IMG/VR virus record: IMGVR_UViG_3300023174_000058
Coordinates: 1-64,000 of that record
Strand: one strand, 5' to 3'
Source of the DNA: a virus
Length of the DNA stretch: 64,000 bases
In this document: piece by piece, positions 1 through 11,100 of the stretch
Numbering within the stretch: position 1 is the first letter of the stretch
How the letters are laid out: each line of letters begins with the position of its first letter
Notes under the pieces: generated by a model
The model's database searches: none
Seen by the model: the letters and a program-made list of their open reading frames with translations, nothing else
Told to the model about the DNA's origin: nothing
Program-made: the position numbers and the translations under genes

Positions 1-49
1 TAGACAACTGCCCAGATAAGAAGTAAGATGCTGTTTCACAGGAGCTAAT

Positions 50-1441
50 ATGGTTGACGAGAGGCAAGACTTTTCAAAATTTGGAAAGCAATTTCAGGAA
101 CATCTTTGTAATCTTATTCTTGATGATTCGCAATTCGCAGCGCAAATCGGTGAAGTTCTAGATGTAAACTTTTTAGAACTACGCTATCTGCGTGTTTTTA
201 CAGATAAAGTTTATGCTTATCGTAAAAAATACGGTATCCATCCATCGCGCGATACGATGGCGATGATCTTGCGCGCAGAGATTAGTGACGAAAATGACGT
301 GACTCAGAAACAAGTACGCGAGTATTTTGCTCGTGTACAGATGAGCGATGTACTTGTCGATGGTGCTGAACACATTAAAGATGTTTCTCTTGATTTTTGT
401 AAAAAGCAAAAGCTCAAAGAAGCAATGATGAAAAGCGTAGAACTTATTAAATCTTCATCATTTGATGAGGTTTCAAAGGTAATCAATGATGCTCTTAAGC
501 TTGGTACTGATAACAATCACGGCTATGACTATGCTGTGGATTTTGAACGACGTTTTGAAATCAAATCACGAAACCCTGTATCAACTGGTTGGGATCTTAT
601 TGACAACATTACAAGGGGTGGCCTTGGGCGCGGAGAGCTTGGCGTTGTTATTGCCCCAACCGGAGCAGGAAAAAGTATGGCGCTTGTGCATCTTGGCGCT
701 ACTGCTCTTAAACTGGGTTATAATGTTGTTCACTATACACTTGAATTACAAGACAAAGTAATTGCTGGTCGTTACGATAGTTGTCTTACTGGTCTGAATC
801 TTTCAGAAATACGTGAACATAAAGAAGTAATTCTTGATATGGTACAGACACTAAAAGGAAAATTGCTCATCAAAGAGTATCCAACAAAGAGTGCAAGTAC
901 AGCAACTATCAAAGCGCACCTTGATAAGTTAAAAGCTCATGGGCACCGTGTAGATTTTGTTATTGTAGATTATGGCGATCTACTACGCCCAGTTTCTAAA
1001 GAAAGAGAAAAGCGTCAAGAACTTGAGAGCATTTATGAAGAAATGCGTGGCATTGCTCAAATACATGAATGCTGTGTATGGACAGCTTCACAAACAAACC
1101 GTAGTGGTCTAAACGCAGAAGTAATCACCATGGAAAGTATTTCGGAAGCATTCAATAAATGTTTCGTTGCGGACTTTATTTGTACAATCAGCCGTACTAT
1201 CAAAGATAAGGCAAGTAATGAAGGACGCATGTATATTGCTAAGAACCGTAATGGACCTGATGGCATGGTATATCCATTATTCATGGACACGAAGAACGTT
1301 AAGATCAAAGTCCTGCAGCAAAGTGAAGAAAGCGCAAGTGATATAATTGCTAAAAGCGCCAAAGAACAAGAGCAGAGTTTAAAAGAGCGTTATCGTAAGT
1401 TTAAAAAGGAAACAGCAAATGAAAAAAATAGTAATGTTTAG
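50..1441 (+). CDS. dnaB: Replicative SF4 helicase (DnaB/T4 gp41-like)
   Basis: Walker A APTGAGKS, HYTLEL, Walker B VIVDYGDL, WTASQTNR, AKNRNG motifs. Confidence 0.92.
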   Translation: MVDERQDFSKFGKQFQEHLCNLILDDSQFAAQIGEVLDVNFLELRYLRVFTDKVYAYRKKYGIHPSRDTMAMILRAEISDENDVTQKQVREYFARVQMSDVLVDGAEHIKDVSLDFCKKQKLKEAMMKSVELIKSSSFDEVSKVINDALKLGTDNNHGYDYAVDFERRFEIKSRNPVSTGWDLIDNITRGGLGRGELGVVIAPTGAGKSMALVHLGATALKLGYNVVHYTLELQDKVIAGRYDSCLTGLNLSEIREHKEVILDMVQTLKGKLLIKEYPTKSASTATIKAHLDKLKAHGHRVDFVIVDYGDLLRPVSKEREKRQELESIYEEMRGIAQIHECCVWTASQTNRSGLNAEVITMESISEAFNKCFVADFICTISRTIKDKASNEGRMYIAKNRNGPDGMVYPLFMDTKNVKIKVLQQSEESASDIIAKSAKEQEQSLKERYRKFKKETANEKNSNV

Positions 1442-1688
1442 CGCTTCATGGTGTGCCCCATGTAAGCAAGCAAAACCTATATTTGAACAAACAGCAAAAT
1501 TGATTTCTGAGTCACAAAATGAAAATAGTGATGTTTATTTTCAAATTGTTGATATAGACGAAAATCGAGCAATGGCACAAGACTTTAATATAACAGGCGT
1601 ACCAACTTTTATGTTGATCGAAAATGATGAAGAAGTTAAACGTTTCGTTGGAGCGCAAAGCGTTGTTCGAGTAAAGGAGCTATTATGA
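1419..1688 (+). CDS. trxA: Thioredoxin
   Basis: FSASWCAPCK active site, GVPT cis-Pro motif; adjacent to RNR. Confidence 0.92.
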   Translation: MKKIVMFSASWCAPCKQAKPIFEQTAKLISESQNENSDVYFQIVDIDENRAMAQDFNITGVPTFMLIENDEEVKRFVGAQSVVRVKELL

Positions 1689-2641
1689 GTATTACAACTC
1701 CAAGACCAACTTATGGTCCATTTGAATATCCAAAAGCTTATGATTTTTTTCAAAAACAGCAATTAGCACATTGGGTTCCTTGGGAAGTACAAATGGGATC
1801 AGATGTTAATGATTGGAAAATGAATCTAAGCGAGACAGATCGACATGTTATCGGTAGTATTCTTAAAGGTTTTACACAAACAGAAATCTTTATTGAAGAT
1901 TATTGGTCAAATAAAGTGGCAAACTGGTTTAAAAAACCAGAAATTCAAATGATGGCTAATACTTTTGCTGGCTTTGAAAGCATCCATGCTGCCGGATATT
2001 CATATCTTGAAGAATCGCTTGGTATTCAAAACTATGAATCATTCCTTCACGAGCCCGCAGCTAAGGCTAAAATTGATCGTCTTATGTCTACTAAAGGTAA
2101 GACTAAAAAAGAAATTGCTGTATCGTTAGCGGTTTTCTCAGGATTTAACGAAGGTGTAAATCTTTTTTCATCATTCGCGGTTCTTATGTCGTTTCCGCAA
2201 AGAAACCTTCTAAAAGGCTTAGGACAGATTGTCTCATGGTCAATTAAAGATGAATCATTACACAGTGAAGCTGGCTGCTGGTTGTTCCGTGAATTTATTA
2301 AAGAATATCCAGAAGTATGGACGGATGAAGTAAAGAAAGAAATTTATGATGCAGCACGTTTAACTGTAGAACTAGAAGATAAATTTATTGAAACTGCTTT
2401 TACAAAAGGTAACCTCCCAAATCTCTCTATGCATGATCTTAAAAACTACATCCGTTATCGTGCAAACACTAAACTTCAAGATCTTGGCTTAAAACAAAAT
2501 TGGAAAAATATTGATAAAGAATCCCTTGAACGTTTGGAGTGGTTTGATGTATTATCAAGTGGTGTAGAATTACAAGATTTTTTTGCACAAAAAGTTACTG
2601 CTTATTCTAAAGGAATGGCAGATTTTGAAGGGGTATGGTAA
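1685..2641 (+). CDS. nrdB: Class I ribonucleotide reductase beta subunit
   Basis: ESIH..GY, EG..LFSSF, DESLH di-metal ligands; QDFF..KVTAY tail. Confidence 0.95.
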   Translation: MSITTPRPTYGPFEYPKAYDFFQKQQLAHWVPWEVQMGSDVNDWKMNLSETDRHVIGSILKGFTQTEIFIEDYWSNKVANWFKKPEIQMMANTFAGFESIHAAGYSYLEESLGIQNYESFLHEPAAKAKIDRLMSTKGKTKKEIAVSLAVFSGFNEGVNLFSSFAVLMSFPQRNLLKGLGQIVSWSIKDESLHSEAGCWLFREFIKEYPEVWTDEVKKEIYDAARLTVELEDKFIETAFTKGNLPNLSMHDLKNYIRYRANTKLQDLGLKQNWKNIDKESLERLEWFDVLSSGVELQDFFAQKVTAYSKGMADFEGVW

Positions 2642-4371
2642 TGTCATTAGAACAGCTAAAAGAACATGGACTCGCACCAGAATTTTTAACATCTGAAGGA
2701 TATGAAACCCTTTCTAAAGGTTATCTTTTAGATGGGGAAGCCCCTATTGATATGTATAAAAGAGTAGCATCCGCTGCTGCTTCTTATTACGATGAGCCAC
2801 TAAGGAGTGAACTGCAAGCCCGTTTCTTTAAATATATTTGGAATAATTGGTTAGCGCTTGCCACTCCGGTAGCATCAAACATGGGCACTGATCGTGGGCT
2901 ACCAATTAGTTGCTACGGACAGTACATGGGGGACAGCGTTTCGGATATTTTTAAAACATATCATGAAGCCGCTATGTTAACAAAAAATGGTGGTGGTGTT
3001 GGCACGTATGTTGGAAAGATCCGCTCCAGAGGGTCACCAATTAAGGGCAATGGTAAGAGCGAAGGTATTATCCCTTGGTTGAAAGTTCACGAACAAACAT
3101 TCCAAAGTGTTGGTCAAGGTGGCGTGCGTCGTGGCGCGGTTGCTGCTTATCTAGACGCAGATCATGGGGATGTTGATGAATTTATTGATATTCGTCGTCC
3201 AAATGGTGATATTTCTCGTCGTTGCCTCTCTAACAACTTTCATCATGCGATCATCTATTCAGATGATTTTATGAATCGCGCATTAGATGGCGATCTAAAA
3301 GCTCGTGAGATTTGGGAAAAAGGTTTAAAAACTCGTCTTGAAACTGGTGAACATTATATGATGTTCGGTGATAATGCAAACAATCATCGACCAGATGCTT
3401 ATATTAAAAATAATTTAAGGATTCATACAAGTCAGTTGTGTTCAGAAATTTTTCTTTATAATGACGAACAACATACTTTTGTTTGTTGTTTATCAAGTGT
3501 CAACGTTGCTCGTTATGATGAATGGAAAAACGATCCAAACTTCCTAAAAGACTGTATTTATTTTTTAGATGCAGTAATGGAAGAATTTATTGTTAAAGCA
3601 CGCAAGATTGAGGGATTTGAAAAAGCTGTTCGTTTCTCTGAAAAAAGCCGAGCTCTAGGGCTTGGTGCGTTAGGGTGGCACACACTTCTACAATCAAAAT
3701 TAATTCCTTTTGATAGTTTTGAAGCAATGCGTCTTAATGCGGAAATTTTCCGTACAATGGATAAATTAACCCTTCAGGCTTCTAAGGAGCTTGCTAAATT
3801 AAAAGGAACACCAGAATGGTGTATCGATACACGTAATACGCATCGTCTTGCTATTGCTCCAACAGTTTCAAATTCATTAATTTCTGGTGGCGTAAGCCAA
3901 GGAGTTGAGCCAATTATCGCAAATTATTACGCACAAAAGACTGCAAAGGGGTCATTTGTCCGTAAGAATCCAGCACTACAAAAACTCTTACAAGAAAAAG
4001 GACTTGATAATTTTGATACTTGGCAACAAATTAATTCTGATGGGGGTAGTGTTCTTGGTGTTAATGGTTTAAATGATTTAGAAAAAGAAGTATTTTTAAC
4101 TGCTCGTGAAATAAATCAACACACAATTATAAAGCAAGCAGCACAACGCCAAAAATGGATCGATCAAGGACAAAGTATTAATCTTTTTTTTACAGCACCA
4201 GCAAGTTTAAATTCAGAAGATAAGAAAAAACTTGGCAAGTATATACATGAAGTCCACTTAGAAGCTTGGAAACAAGGCTTAAAAAGTCTTTATTATCTTC
4301 GCGGAGAAAGCGTTCTAAAAGCAGATAATGTATATAGAAGCAGTGGTGAATGTAAGGCTTGCGAAGGTTAA
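2635..4371 (+). CDS. nrdA: Class I ribonucleotide reductase alpha subunit (no ATP cone)
   Basis: PISC, GGVRRGA, SQLCSEI, AIAPT, KSLYY, C-terminal CKAC. Confidence 0.95.
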   Translation: MVMSLEQLKEHGLAPEFLTSEGYETLSKGYLLDGEAPIDMYKRVASAAASYYDEPLRSELQARFFKYIWNNWLALATPVASNMGTDRGLPISCYGQYMGDSVSDIFKTYHEAAMLTKNGGGVGTYVGKIRSRGSPIKGNGKSEGIIPWLKVHEQTFQSVGQGGVRRGAVAAYLDADHGDVDEFIDIRRPNGDISRRCLSNNFHHAIIYSDDFMNRALDGDLKAREIWEKGLKTRLETGEHYMMFGDNANNHRPDAYIKNNLRIHTSQLCSEIFLYNDEQHTFVCCLSSVNVARYDEWKNDPNFLKDCIYFLDAVMEEFIVKARKIEGFEKAVRFSEKSRALGLGALGWHTLLQSKLIPFDSFEAMRLNAEIFRTMDKLTLQASKELAKLKGTPEWCIDTRNTHRLAIAPTVSNSLISGGVSQGVEPIIANYYAQKTAKGSFVRKNPALQKLLQEKGLDNFDTWQQINSDGGSVLGVNGLNDLEKEVFLTAREINQHTIIKQAAQRQKWIDQGQSINLFFTAPASLNSEDKKKLGKYIHEVHLEAWKQGLKSLYYLRGESVLKADNVYRSSGECKACEG

Positions 4372-4444
4372 TATTGAATAAATTGCTATAAAAACAACTC
4401 TACCATGCTATACTGGTGTGGTAGAGTTTTTATTTGGAGAACAC

Positions 4445-4684
4445 ATGCTAAATCATTATGAAAAGAAATTTTTAAAAGAATTACATGAAAACACAAAAAA
4501 AGATGTTGACCTAACAAAAGATTCGTTCTATAGTGGCGAACTTCGTATGCATTATAAACATCTTGTTGTTGACGGGAAGGTGACTACTCACAGAGTTGAT
4601 CTTTTCAACTTGCAAGATACCGGTGCCCGTGGTAAGATGTTTGAAGAAGTACGAGCACTAACCAGAGCGCTACTGCTCAACTAG
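4445..4684 (+). CDS. Hypothetical protein
   Basis: ORF with GGAG RBS before ATG. Confidence 0.55.
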   Translation: MLNHYEKKFLKELHENTKKDVDLTKDSFYSGELRMHYKHLVVDGKVTTHRVDLFNLQDTGARGKMFEEVRALTRALLLN

Positions 4685-4693
4685 GAGAACACT

Positions 4694-5020
4694 ATGGCCG
4701 AACTACGCGAAGTTATGACAGGGCTAGGCACCAAGACACCAGCCGAGAAGGTAAAGAGCGTCGAGGAGCACATTGCTGATTATGTTAAGGGCAGTGTAAA
4801 GACTGAAGAAGAAATTAAGCTCCTACGTGAACATCTACGTGATTTTAAGAAGAGTTTTATTGAGAACCAGTATCTAACCAAGCAACAGGTTAAGCTGCTA
4901 GAAAAAGCCAAGAAGCTTATTAAAGATAACAGCGACATCGACAAGCTTGTAGACATGGTTGGCAAGATTCGTGGTACCAAGGTTGATGTTGGAGGCGAAT
5001 CAGAAGGCGAGGCGAACTAA
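4694..5020 (+). CDS. Small helical protein, possibly T4 DsbA/GapR-like DNA-binding
   Basis: Coiled-coil EEEIKLLREHLRDFKK pattern; good RBS; function guessed. Confidence 0.4.
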   Translation: MAELREVMTGLGTKTPAEKVKSVEEHIADYVKGSVKTEEEIKLLREHLRDFKKSFIENQYLTKQQVKLLEKAKKLIKDNSDIDKLVDMVGKIRGTKVDVGGESEGEAN

Positions 5021-5310
5021 TGTTATTTATTCCACTTAATAAACTTGTACTAATTGAGAGGGTTCACTCGCCCAAGAAAACTAAAAATGTTGGTGGATTC
5101 GTTGTCCCAGAGGAATCTATGCAATCGCGCTATTGCGTTGTAAAAGTCCTACGTTGCAGCGATCTAGCTAAGAGCGATCTTATGCTACAGGAAGGGGATC
5201 TTATCGTTGTGCAAACTGCACTTATTGATGAAATCCAATTTGATGATCACAAGTTTCATGTAATTAGCGAGAATGGCGTTGTAGCACGTTTACAAGAAAG
5301 CGATTTTTAA
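5020..5310 (+). CDS. groES: Co-chaperonin GroES-like
   Basis: PLNKLVLIE, GGFVVPE mobile loop, EGDLIVV, ISENGVVA; GroEL present at 20763. Confidence 0.8.
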   Translation: MLFIPLNKLVLIERVHSPKKTKNVGGFVVPEESMQSRYCVVKVLRCSDLAKSDLMLQEGDLIVVQTALIDEIQFDDHKFHVISENGVVARLQESDF

Positions 5311-6006
5311 ATGAACAGTATAGAACTCTATGGAGATAAGATTGGAAAAGTTGAGCTTGTCGATGCAGTTGGTTCAGACCTTACTATTGTTAATTCTGCT
5401 CGCGTATCATTTGGAGTTCATAAATCTGAATTAGACGACAAAGATCGGAAGCTAATCCGTTATCTCATTAAGCACAAGCATACTTCAACTCTAGAGCATT
5501 GTTTTGTCACTTTCCGAGTAAAGGTACCACTATTTATTCGTTCGCAACACCATAGACATCGCACTTGGAGTTATAATGAGATCTCTCGCCGTTATACGGC
5601 AGAGAATCTAGAATTCTACGAGCCTATGAGTTTTAGAACTCAGCATGAAAAGAATCGCCAAGCTAGCAACGAAAACGAGACGATTGATCCGATTGTTTAT
5701 GAAGTCGGAGAAATAACTGCATCAAGAGCTATTAGAGATCATCATTTAGCGGCGGTATTTCTTTATGAAGAGATGATGCGAAAAGGTGTATGCCGTGAAC
5801 AAGCCCGTGGAATTCTTCCACAAAATATGTACACTGAATATTACGCAAGTGCAAATCTTTCAAATATTCTAAAGTTTATTGAGTTACGTTCGCATGAAGG
5901 CGCTCAACTTGAAATTCAAAAAGTAGCCGAAGCAATGCTCAAAATTCTTGAGGGGCTCTATCCAGAAACGATTAAAGCGTATTACGAAGTAAAGAATGTT
6001 GCCTAA
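5311..6006 (+). CDS. thyX: Flavin-dependent thymidylate synthase
   Basis: NSARVS, HTSTLEH, RHRTWSYNEISRRY signature. Confidence 0.95.
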   Translation: MNSIELYGDKIGKVELVDAVGSDLTIVNSARVSFGVHKSELDDKDRKLIRYLIKHKHTSTLEHCFVTFRVKVPLFIRSQHHRHRTWSYNEISRRYTAENLEFYEPMSFRTQHEKNRQASNENETIDPIVYEVGEITASRAIRDHHLAAVFLYEEMMRKGVCREQARGILPQNMYTEYYASANLSNILKFIELRSHEGAQLEIQKVAEAMLKILEGLYPETIKAYYEVKNVA

Positions 6007-6826
6007 ATCTAAGAAGCAGCCTCTAAAACTATCCTATGATAATATTGTCGTAGGCTCTAGTTTAGAGGCTGTTTTATTTGCTCATCAAATAAATGCTCCG
6101 CTTATTTGTACAAAAATACAAAAACCATACTTTTTTGAAGAAATGGAAGACTTTGGTATTGGTACAAATAAATTAGATGCTTGGAATAAGTATATATTTA
6201 TATTAGGCATTGGTGGTCTTTTCCCATTCGCGGACAAAGTTAAGCTTTTAAGATATATTGATGCAAATACAATAAAAGCTATAACTTGGGAAGAAACTGT
6301 AGTAGATATAAAATTTAATAAACTTTTTTTGTTTAGCGATGAATCATTTTATGACTTGCCAATACAACCAACTAAGTCTAACAATGATATTATTATGGTG
6401 GATTGGTTAAAGGTTAAAAGTGGTCGATATCACGATTATCAATTTATCGACAGAGAAAGTAAATTTATCAATAAATTAATATTTTATGCTGGTAGTAATA
6501 AATATGGTGATAAACAGTCTAAAGATTGTCTTGTTATATCTTATTTAAAAGAAAACGAACAACATTACAGTAAATACGCCGAGTATGTTGTAAAGATTAA
6601 AACTGAAAAAATTCTAGAAGAAAGTGGCATTAAGCAAAACAGTATTTTAAAAATTGAAGTTGAACATTTACAGCGCGATATTATTCCTATAAACGGTAAC
6701 AGCTATGAAATGTTTGATAATGTTATACCTATGATTGGGGTAGAACCTAAAACTGCTTGGCAATTTAAAAAGCTACGATTTAAAATAACATATCTACAGT
6801 ACATACAAAAGAAGTTAGGTCTTTGA
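5996..6826 (+). CDS. Hypothetical; degenerate Rossmann/FAD-binding N-terminus
   Basis: YDNIVVGSSLEAVLFA resembles a dinucleotide-binding start. Confidence 0.4.
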   Translation: MLPKSKKQPLKLSYDNIVVGSSLEAVLFAHQINAPLICTKIQKPYFFEEMEDFGIGTNKLDAWNKYIFILGIGGLFPFADKVKLLRYIDANTIKAITWEETVVDIKFNKLFLFSDESFYDLPIQPTKSNNDIIMVDWLKVKSGRYHDYQFIDRESKFINKLIFYAGSNKYGDKQSKDCLVISYLKENEQHYSKYAEYVVKIKTEKILEESGIKQNSILKIEVEHLQRDIIPINGNSYEMFDNVIPMIGVEPKTAWQFKKLRFKITYLQYIQKKLGL

Positions 6827-7638
6827 TGGAAACAAATAATCTAGTACACCATGTTGCGGGCATAATACCTGTAGCCGGTGAACCATTAAATTTCAATATG
6901 CCTTGGCATGACTCAATGATGCCAGTACACAAAGATTATCATGCGGTCGAAAGGGCTGTACATTCAGCCGCAGTTGCTGGTTGTCAAACTATTTGGATTA
7001 TTCTACACAGGGAAACTCAGCCATTAATTAAAAAAAAGATAACTTCTTGGATTTACGATCCATCAAATGTGTGGCGTGGTAGTAACGTATATTTTAATAA
7101 AAAAGAAATACCTGTTTATTATGTTGCAATAAATCCAAAAGATCGTAAGCGCAGAGACTCACAAGCATGGAGTGCTCTTTATGGTGCCAGAGTAGCTTCA
7201 TATGTTAGCCTAAAAATAAGCCGCTGGGTCGTACCAAAAAGATTTCTGGTAGTCTCTCCGTATGGAGTAAGCTGCGAAGAAACTTTAAAAGAAAACAGAT
7301 ATTTGATAAGAGCATCGCAAAATGTATTGTTCAAATACAATGGTAAAACATTTTTAGACGATGAGCATATTCCATTTACATTTGATGCAAATGGATATAA
7401 AACGTGTAAAGACTACTTTAGGGAAAATTATAGCGGCAATGACTCAGATAAAAAGTTTTCCGATGTATTTAAAAAGATAGATGTTAGCACCTACAGGACG
7501 TTAGAATTACCTTGGCATTATAATATTAGCGACTGGGACAAGTATAGGTTGTTTTTATCTTCTGAACACAGTAAATTGTGTACTAGACCAAAATATATGG
7601 TAAAACATAAATGGCATGGTCTAATTCCCGATAAATAA
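6826..7638 (+). CDS. Nucleotidyltransferase (GT-A/NTP_transferase)-like protein
   Basis: AGIIPVAG...P...MMPV, AVAGCQTIWII, late NISDW. Confidence 0.5.
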   Translation: METNNLVHHVAGIIPVAGEPLNFNMPWHDSMMPVHKDYHAVERAVHSAAVAGCQTIWIILHRETQPLIKKKITSWIYDPSNVWRGSNVYFNKKEIPVYYVAINPKDRKRRDSQAWSALYGARVASYVSLKISRWVVPKRFLVVSPYGVSCEETLKENRYLIRASQNVLFKYNGKTFLDDEHIPFTFDANGYKTCKDYFRENYSGNDSDKKFSDVFKKIDVSTYRTLELPWHYNISDWDKYRLFLSSEHSKLCTRPKYMVKHKWHGLIPDK

Positions 7639-7703
7639 TTTTTCTTTACAACTTATTGACGAGATGGTACACTTCTACCATCTCGTTTTCTTTTGGAGCA
7701 TAT

Positions 7704-7910
7704 ATGGATTGGGAGAAGAAGTATCACGCTTTAAAAAAGAATTTTGATCTTCTTGACAGACATAATGATGTATTGTATCGTGTCTTTCATGCAGCTCGCT
7801 CATTGCGAAACAGTGGCTACGATGGCGAATTTATTGGTGATGTAACTTCTGATTTATTCCGCGCTATTCGTGATGTAGAACAATACGAGAAGGAATTAAA
7901 GAATGACTGA
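7704..7910 (+). CDS. Hypothetical protein
   Basis: GGAG RBS and promoter upstream. Confidence 0.5.
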   Translation: MDWEKKYHALKKNFDLLDRHNDVLYRVFHAARSLRNSGYDGEFIGDVTSDLFRAIRDVEQYEKELKND

Positions 7911-8115
7911 CTCTGAAAAAATAGAGTGGTTGACCGCTACAAATAATGCCCTTATGGAATCGCAAGAGCTTTTGGCTGGCGAAGTAAAAGAACTCCGAGA
8001 ATGTTTAAGATGGTACCTTGATAATGACCCAACAAATGATGTTACTTATGAAATAGACAAGAACTATCTTAAAGGCAAGTATCGTGCCATGAAAGCGCTA
8101 GGAGAACATAAATGA
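7903..8115 (+). CDS. Hypothetical protein
   Basis: Coupled ORF. Confidence 0.5.
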   Translation: MTDSEKIEWLTATNNALMESQELLAGEVKELRECLRWYLDNDPTNDVTYEIDKNYLKGKYRAMKALGEHK

Positions 8116-11100
8116 CTGATCGTAAAAAGCCAAGTATCCCGTTCTACAATATGCACGGCCATACAACTTTTTCTATCTTTGACGGCATGGGATATCCAGA
8201 CGAACACGCCGACTTTGCTTTTGGCAATGGCTTACAAGGCATGGCTTTTACTGAGCATGGGAACATGAACAGCTTTGCTTATGCCTTCCAGAAATCTAAA
8301 AAGATGAAAGAAGAAGGTAAGGATTTTAAAATCGTCTATGGAATTGAAGCTTATATTCATCCCAATATCGAAGATTGGAAACTTGAGAAACAAAAGCACA
8401 AGGAAGACGCCAAACTTGCCAAACAGGTTGACGAGGATGTTGGGCTTGTTGTAGAAGACGAAAGCGAAACTAAAAAGGGTTCCTATGGTACACTCAATCA
8501 GCGAAGCCATCTTGTCATTAATGCAATCAACCAAGAGGGGCTTAACAATCTTTTCAAATTGGTATCAAACTCATACAGAGGAGATAATTTCTATCGCTAT
8601 CCTCGTATGGATTATGATTTGTTGCGTAAGCATAATTCCGGTCTTATTGTTTCCACGGCTTGTATCGGTGGTGTACTTGGGAACGATTATTGGCGTAACC
8701 GTGATAACGGTGACGGGGCTGTTTACAGCGCTATGGAGCGAACTGTTCAGGAAATGATGGATATCTTTGGGGATCGCTTTTACGGTGAACTTCAATGGGC
8801 TAATTTCAAAGAACAACATATTATTAATCAATTTATTATTCAGTTAAGCAAACAATATGGATTCCAACTAGTTAGCACTTGCGATGCACATTTTCCTTCG
8901 CCGGATATGTGGAAAGATCGCGAAATTTATAAACTTCTTGGTTGGATGGGTAAGCGGAAAGATGAGATTAAAATTGATCAACTTCCACAATCACTTGCAG
9001 AAATGGAGTATCAACTTTATCCTAAAAACGGGGATGAATTGTTCACAGCGTATCGTGAGTTTTCATCACGCCTTGGATTTTCTTACGACGATAAGCTGGT
9101 AGAGGAAAGTATTGCTCGTACTGCCGATATTCTCAAGAACCGTATTGAGAACTATACGCCCGATACTAGCATTAAACTTCCTAACTTCGTTGTCCCAGAG
9201 GGTGAAACTGCTGATACCGCTCTTGCTAAATTCTCCGTAGACGCCCTTAAGAAGAGTGGCCTATGGCAGGATCAAATTTATATTGATCGTTTAAAGGAAG
9301 AATTGCACACCATTAAGGATCGTGGATTTTCTAAATACTTTTTAACTATGAAAACGATTTCCGATAAGGTTTCGGAAAATCAGCTAGTGGGCAGCGGTCG
9401 TGGATCGGGCGCTGGCTCCCTAGTATCTTATCTGCTTGGGATTACACAAGTTGATCCAATCAAGTATAAACTCCAGTTCTCACGGTTTATTCGTAAGAAT
9501 GCCAAGGATTATCCAGATATTGATTATGACTGCGCCGATCCTATGGAAGTAAAAGAACTGTTTATTAAGGAATTTGGAGAGAACAGCGTAGTTCCAATTA
9601 GCAACTATAACACGCTACAAATCCGTTCGCTTATTAAGGACATCAGTAAACTTTATGAAATTCCATTCCAAGAGGTAAACGATGTCACCAGCAAAATGTT
9701 GTTTGAGGCTACACCGCTAGCTAAGAAAGATCATGGAATTACTGCTGGTGTTTACAATCCAACTTGGGAAGAATTAAAGAAGTATTCAACATCTCTTGAC
9801 GCGTATCTTCGTAAATATCCACACGTTGCAACTCATGTGGAAAACTTACAAGGACAAATCCGTAGTATTTCTCGTCATGCGGGCGGCGTATTGTTTGCAG
9901 ACAATCTCAATGAAAAGATGCCATTAATTAAAAGTGGTGATGTCGTCCAGACTCCTTGGGTAGAAGGACAAACCGTTCGTCATCTTGAGCCACTTGGTTT
10001 TATTAAGTTTGATATTCTTGGTATTGCTTCGTTACGAATGATTGATGATTGCATTAAACATATTCTTAAGCGCAAGCATGGAATCGCCAATCCATCATTC
10101 CAAGATATTAAAAAATTCTATGACGATAATCTTCATCCCGGTAAGATTGACCTTGAAGATCAAAAGGTTTACGATGCCGTCTTCCGTGGTGGCAACTTTA
10201 TGGGAGTATTCCAATTCGCAAATAACAAAAGCGCGCAAAACTTTTGTATAGAATCTAAACCAAAGAACATTGTAGACATTGCCGCGATTACATCTATTTA
10301 TCGTCCCGGTCCATTGTCAGCAAATGTAGACAAAAAATATGTTGAGGCAATGCGTAATCCGCAAAACATTAAATATGTTCATCCACTAGTTGAGGAAGTT
10401 ACACGGGAAACATTTGGTTTTATTATCTTCCAAGAGCAATTAAGTTTGCTGGCTCATAAACTTGGAAAAGACATTTCACTCGATGAAGGTAATGAACTTC
10501 GTAAAGTATTAACTAAAAAAGGTACAGGCAAAGAAGCCGCTGTAAAGGAGAAGTTATATGGTAAATTCGTTGACGGGTGCCTTGAAAAAGGTATTGCCAA
10601 AAAAGATGCAGATGATCTCTGGAAAACTATGGAATTCTTTTCGGGATACGGTTTTAACCTTTCACACGCGGTTTGTTATTCCATCCTCTCTTATCAATGT
10701 GCGTATCTATTACACTATTATCCCGCCGAATGGGCCTGTGCCTTCCTTGCAAAAGAACCAGAAGACCGAAAAGAAACCGCTATTGCACTAGTGAAGCGTG
10801 CAGGGTTCAAGATTCGTAAGCTAGACATTAATCTTTCAGGAACTGAATGGGAAGTTGATCCAAATGACGACACTACTCTTGTGCAGCCCCTATCTTCTAT
10901 TAAAGGTTTGGGCGATACAGCTATCGCGGAAATAATGAAAGCTCGTCCATTTAAAACAGTAGAAGAATTATTGTTTAATGAAAACATCTCGTACAACAAA
11001 TTTAATAAGCGTGCGCTTGACGCTCTTGCGCGCAGTGATGCACTACGCCCTGTTATGGATGACCGATTCACAGGCGCTAAGCACTTCTGGAGCGCTGTAG

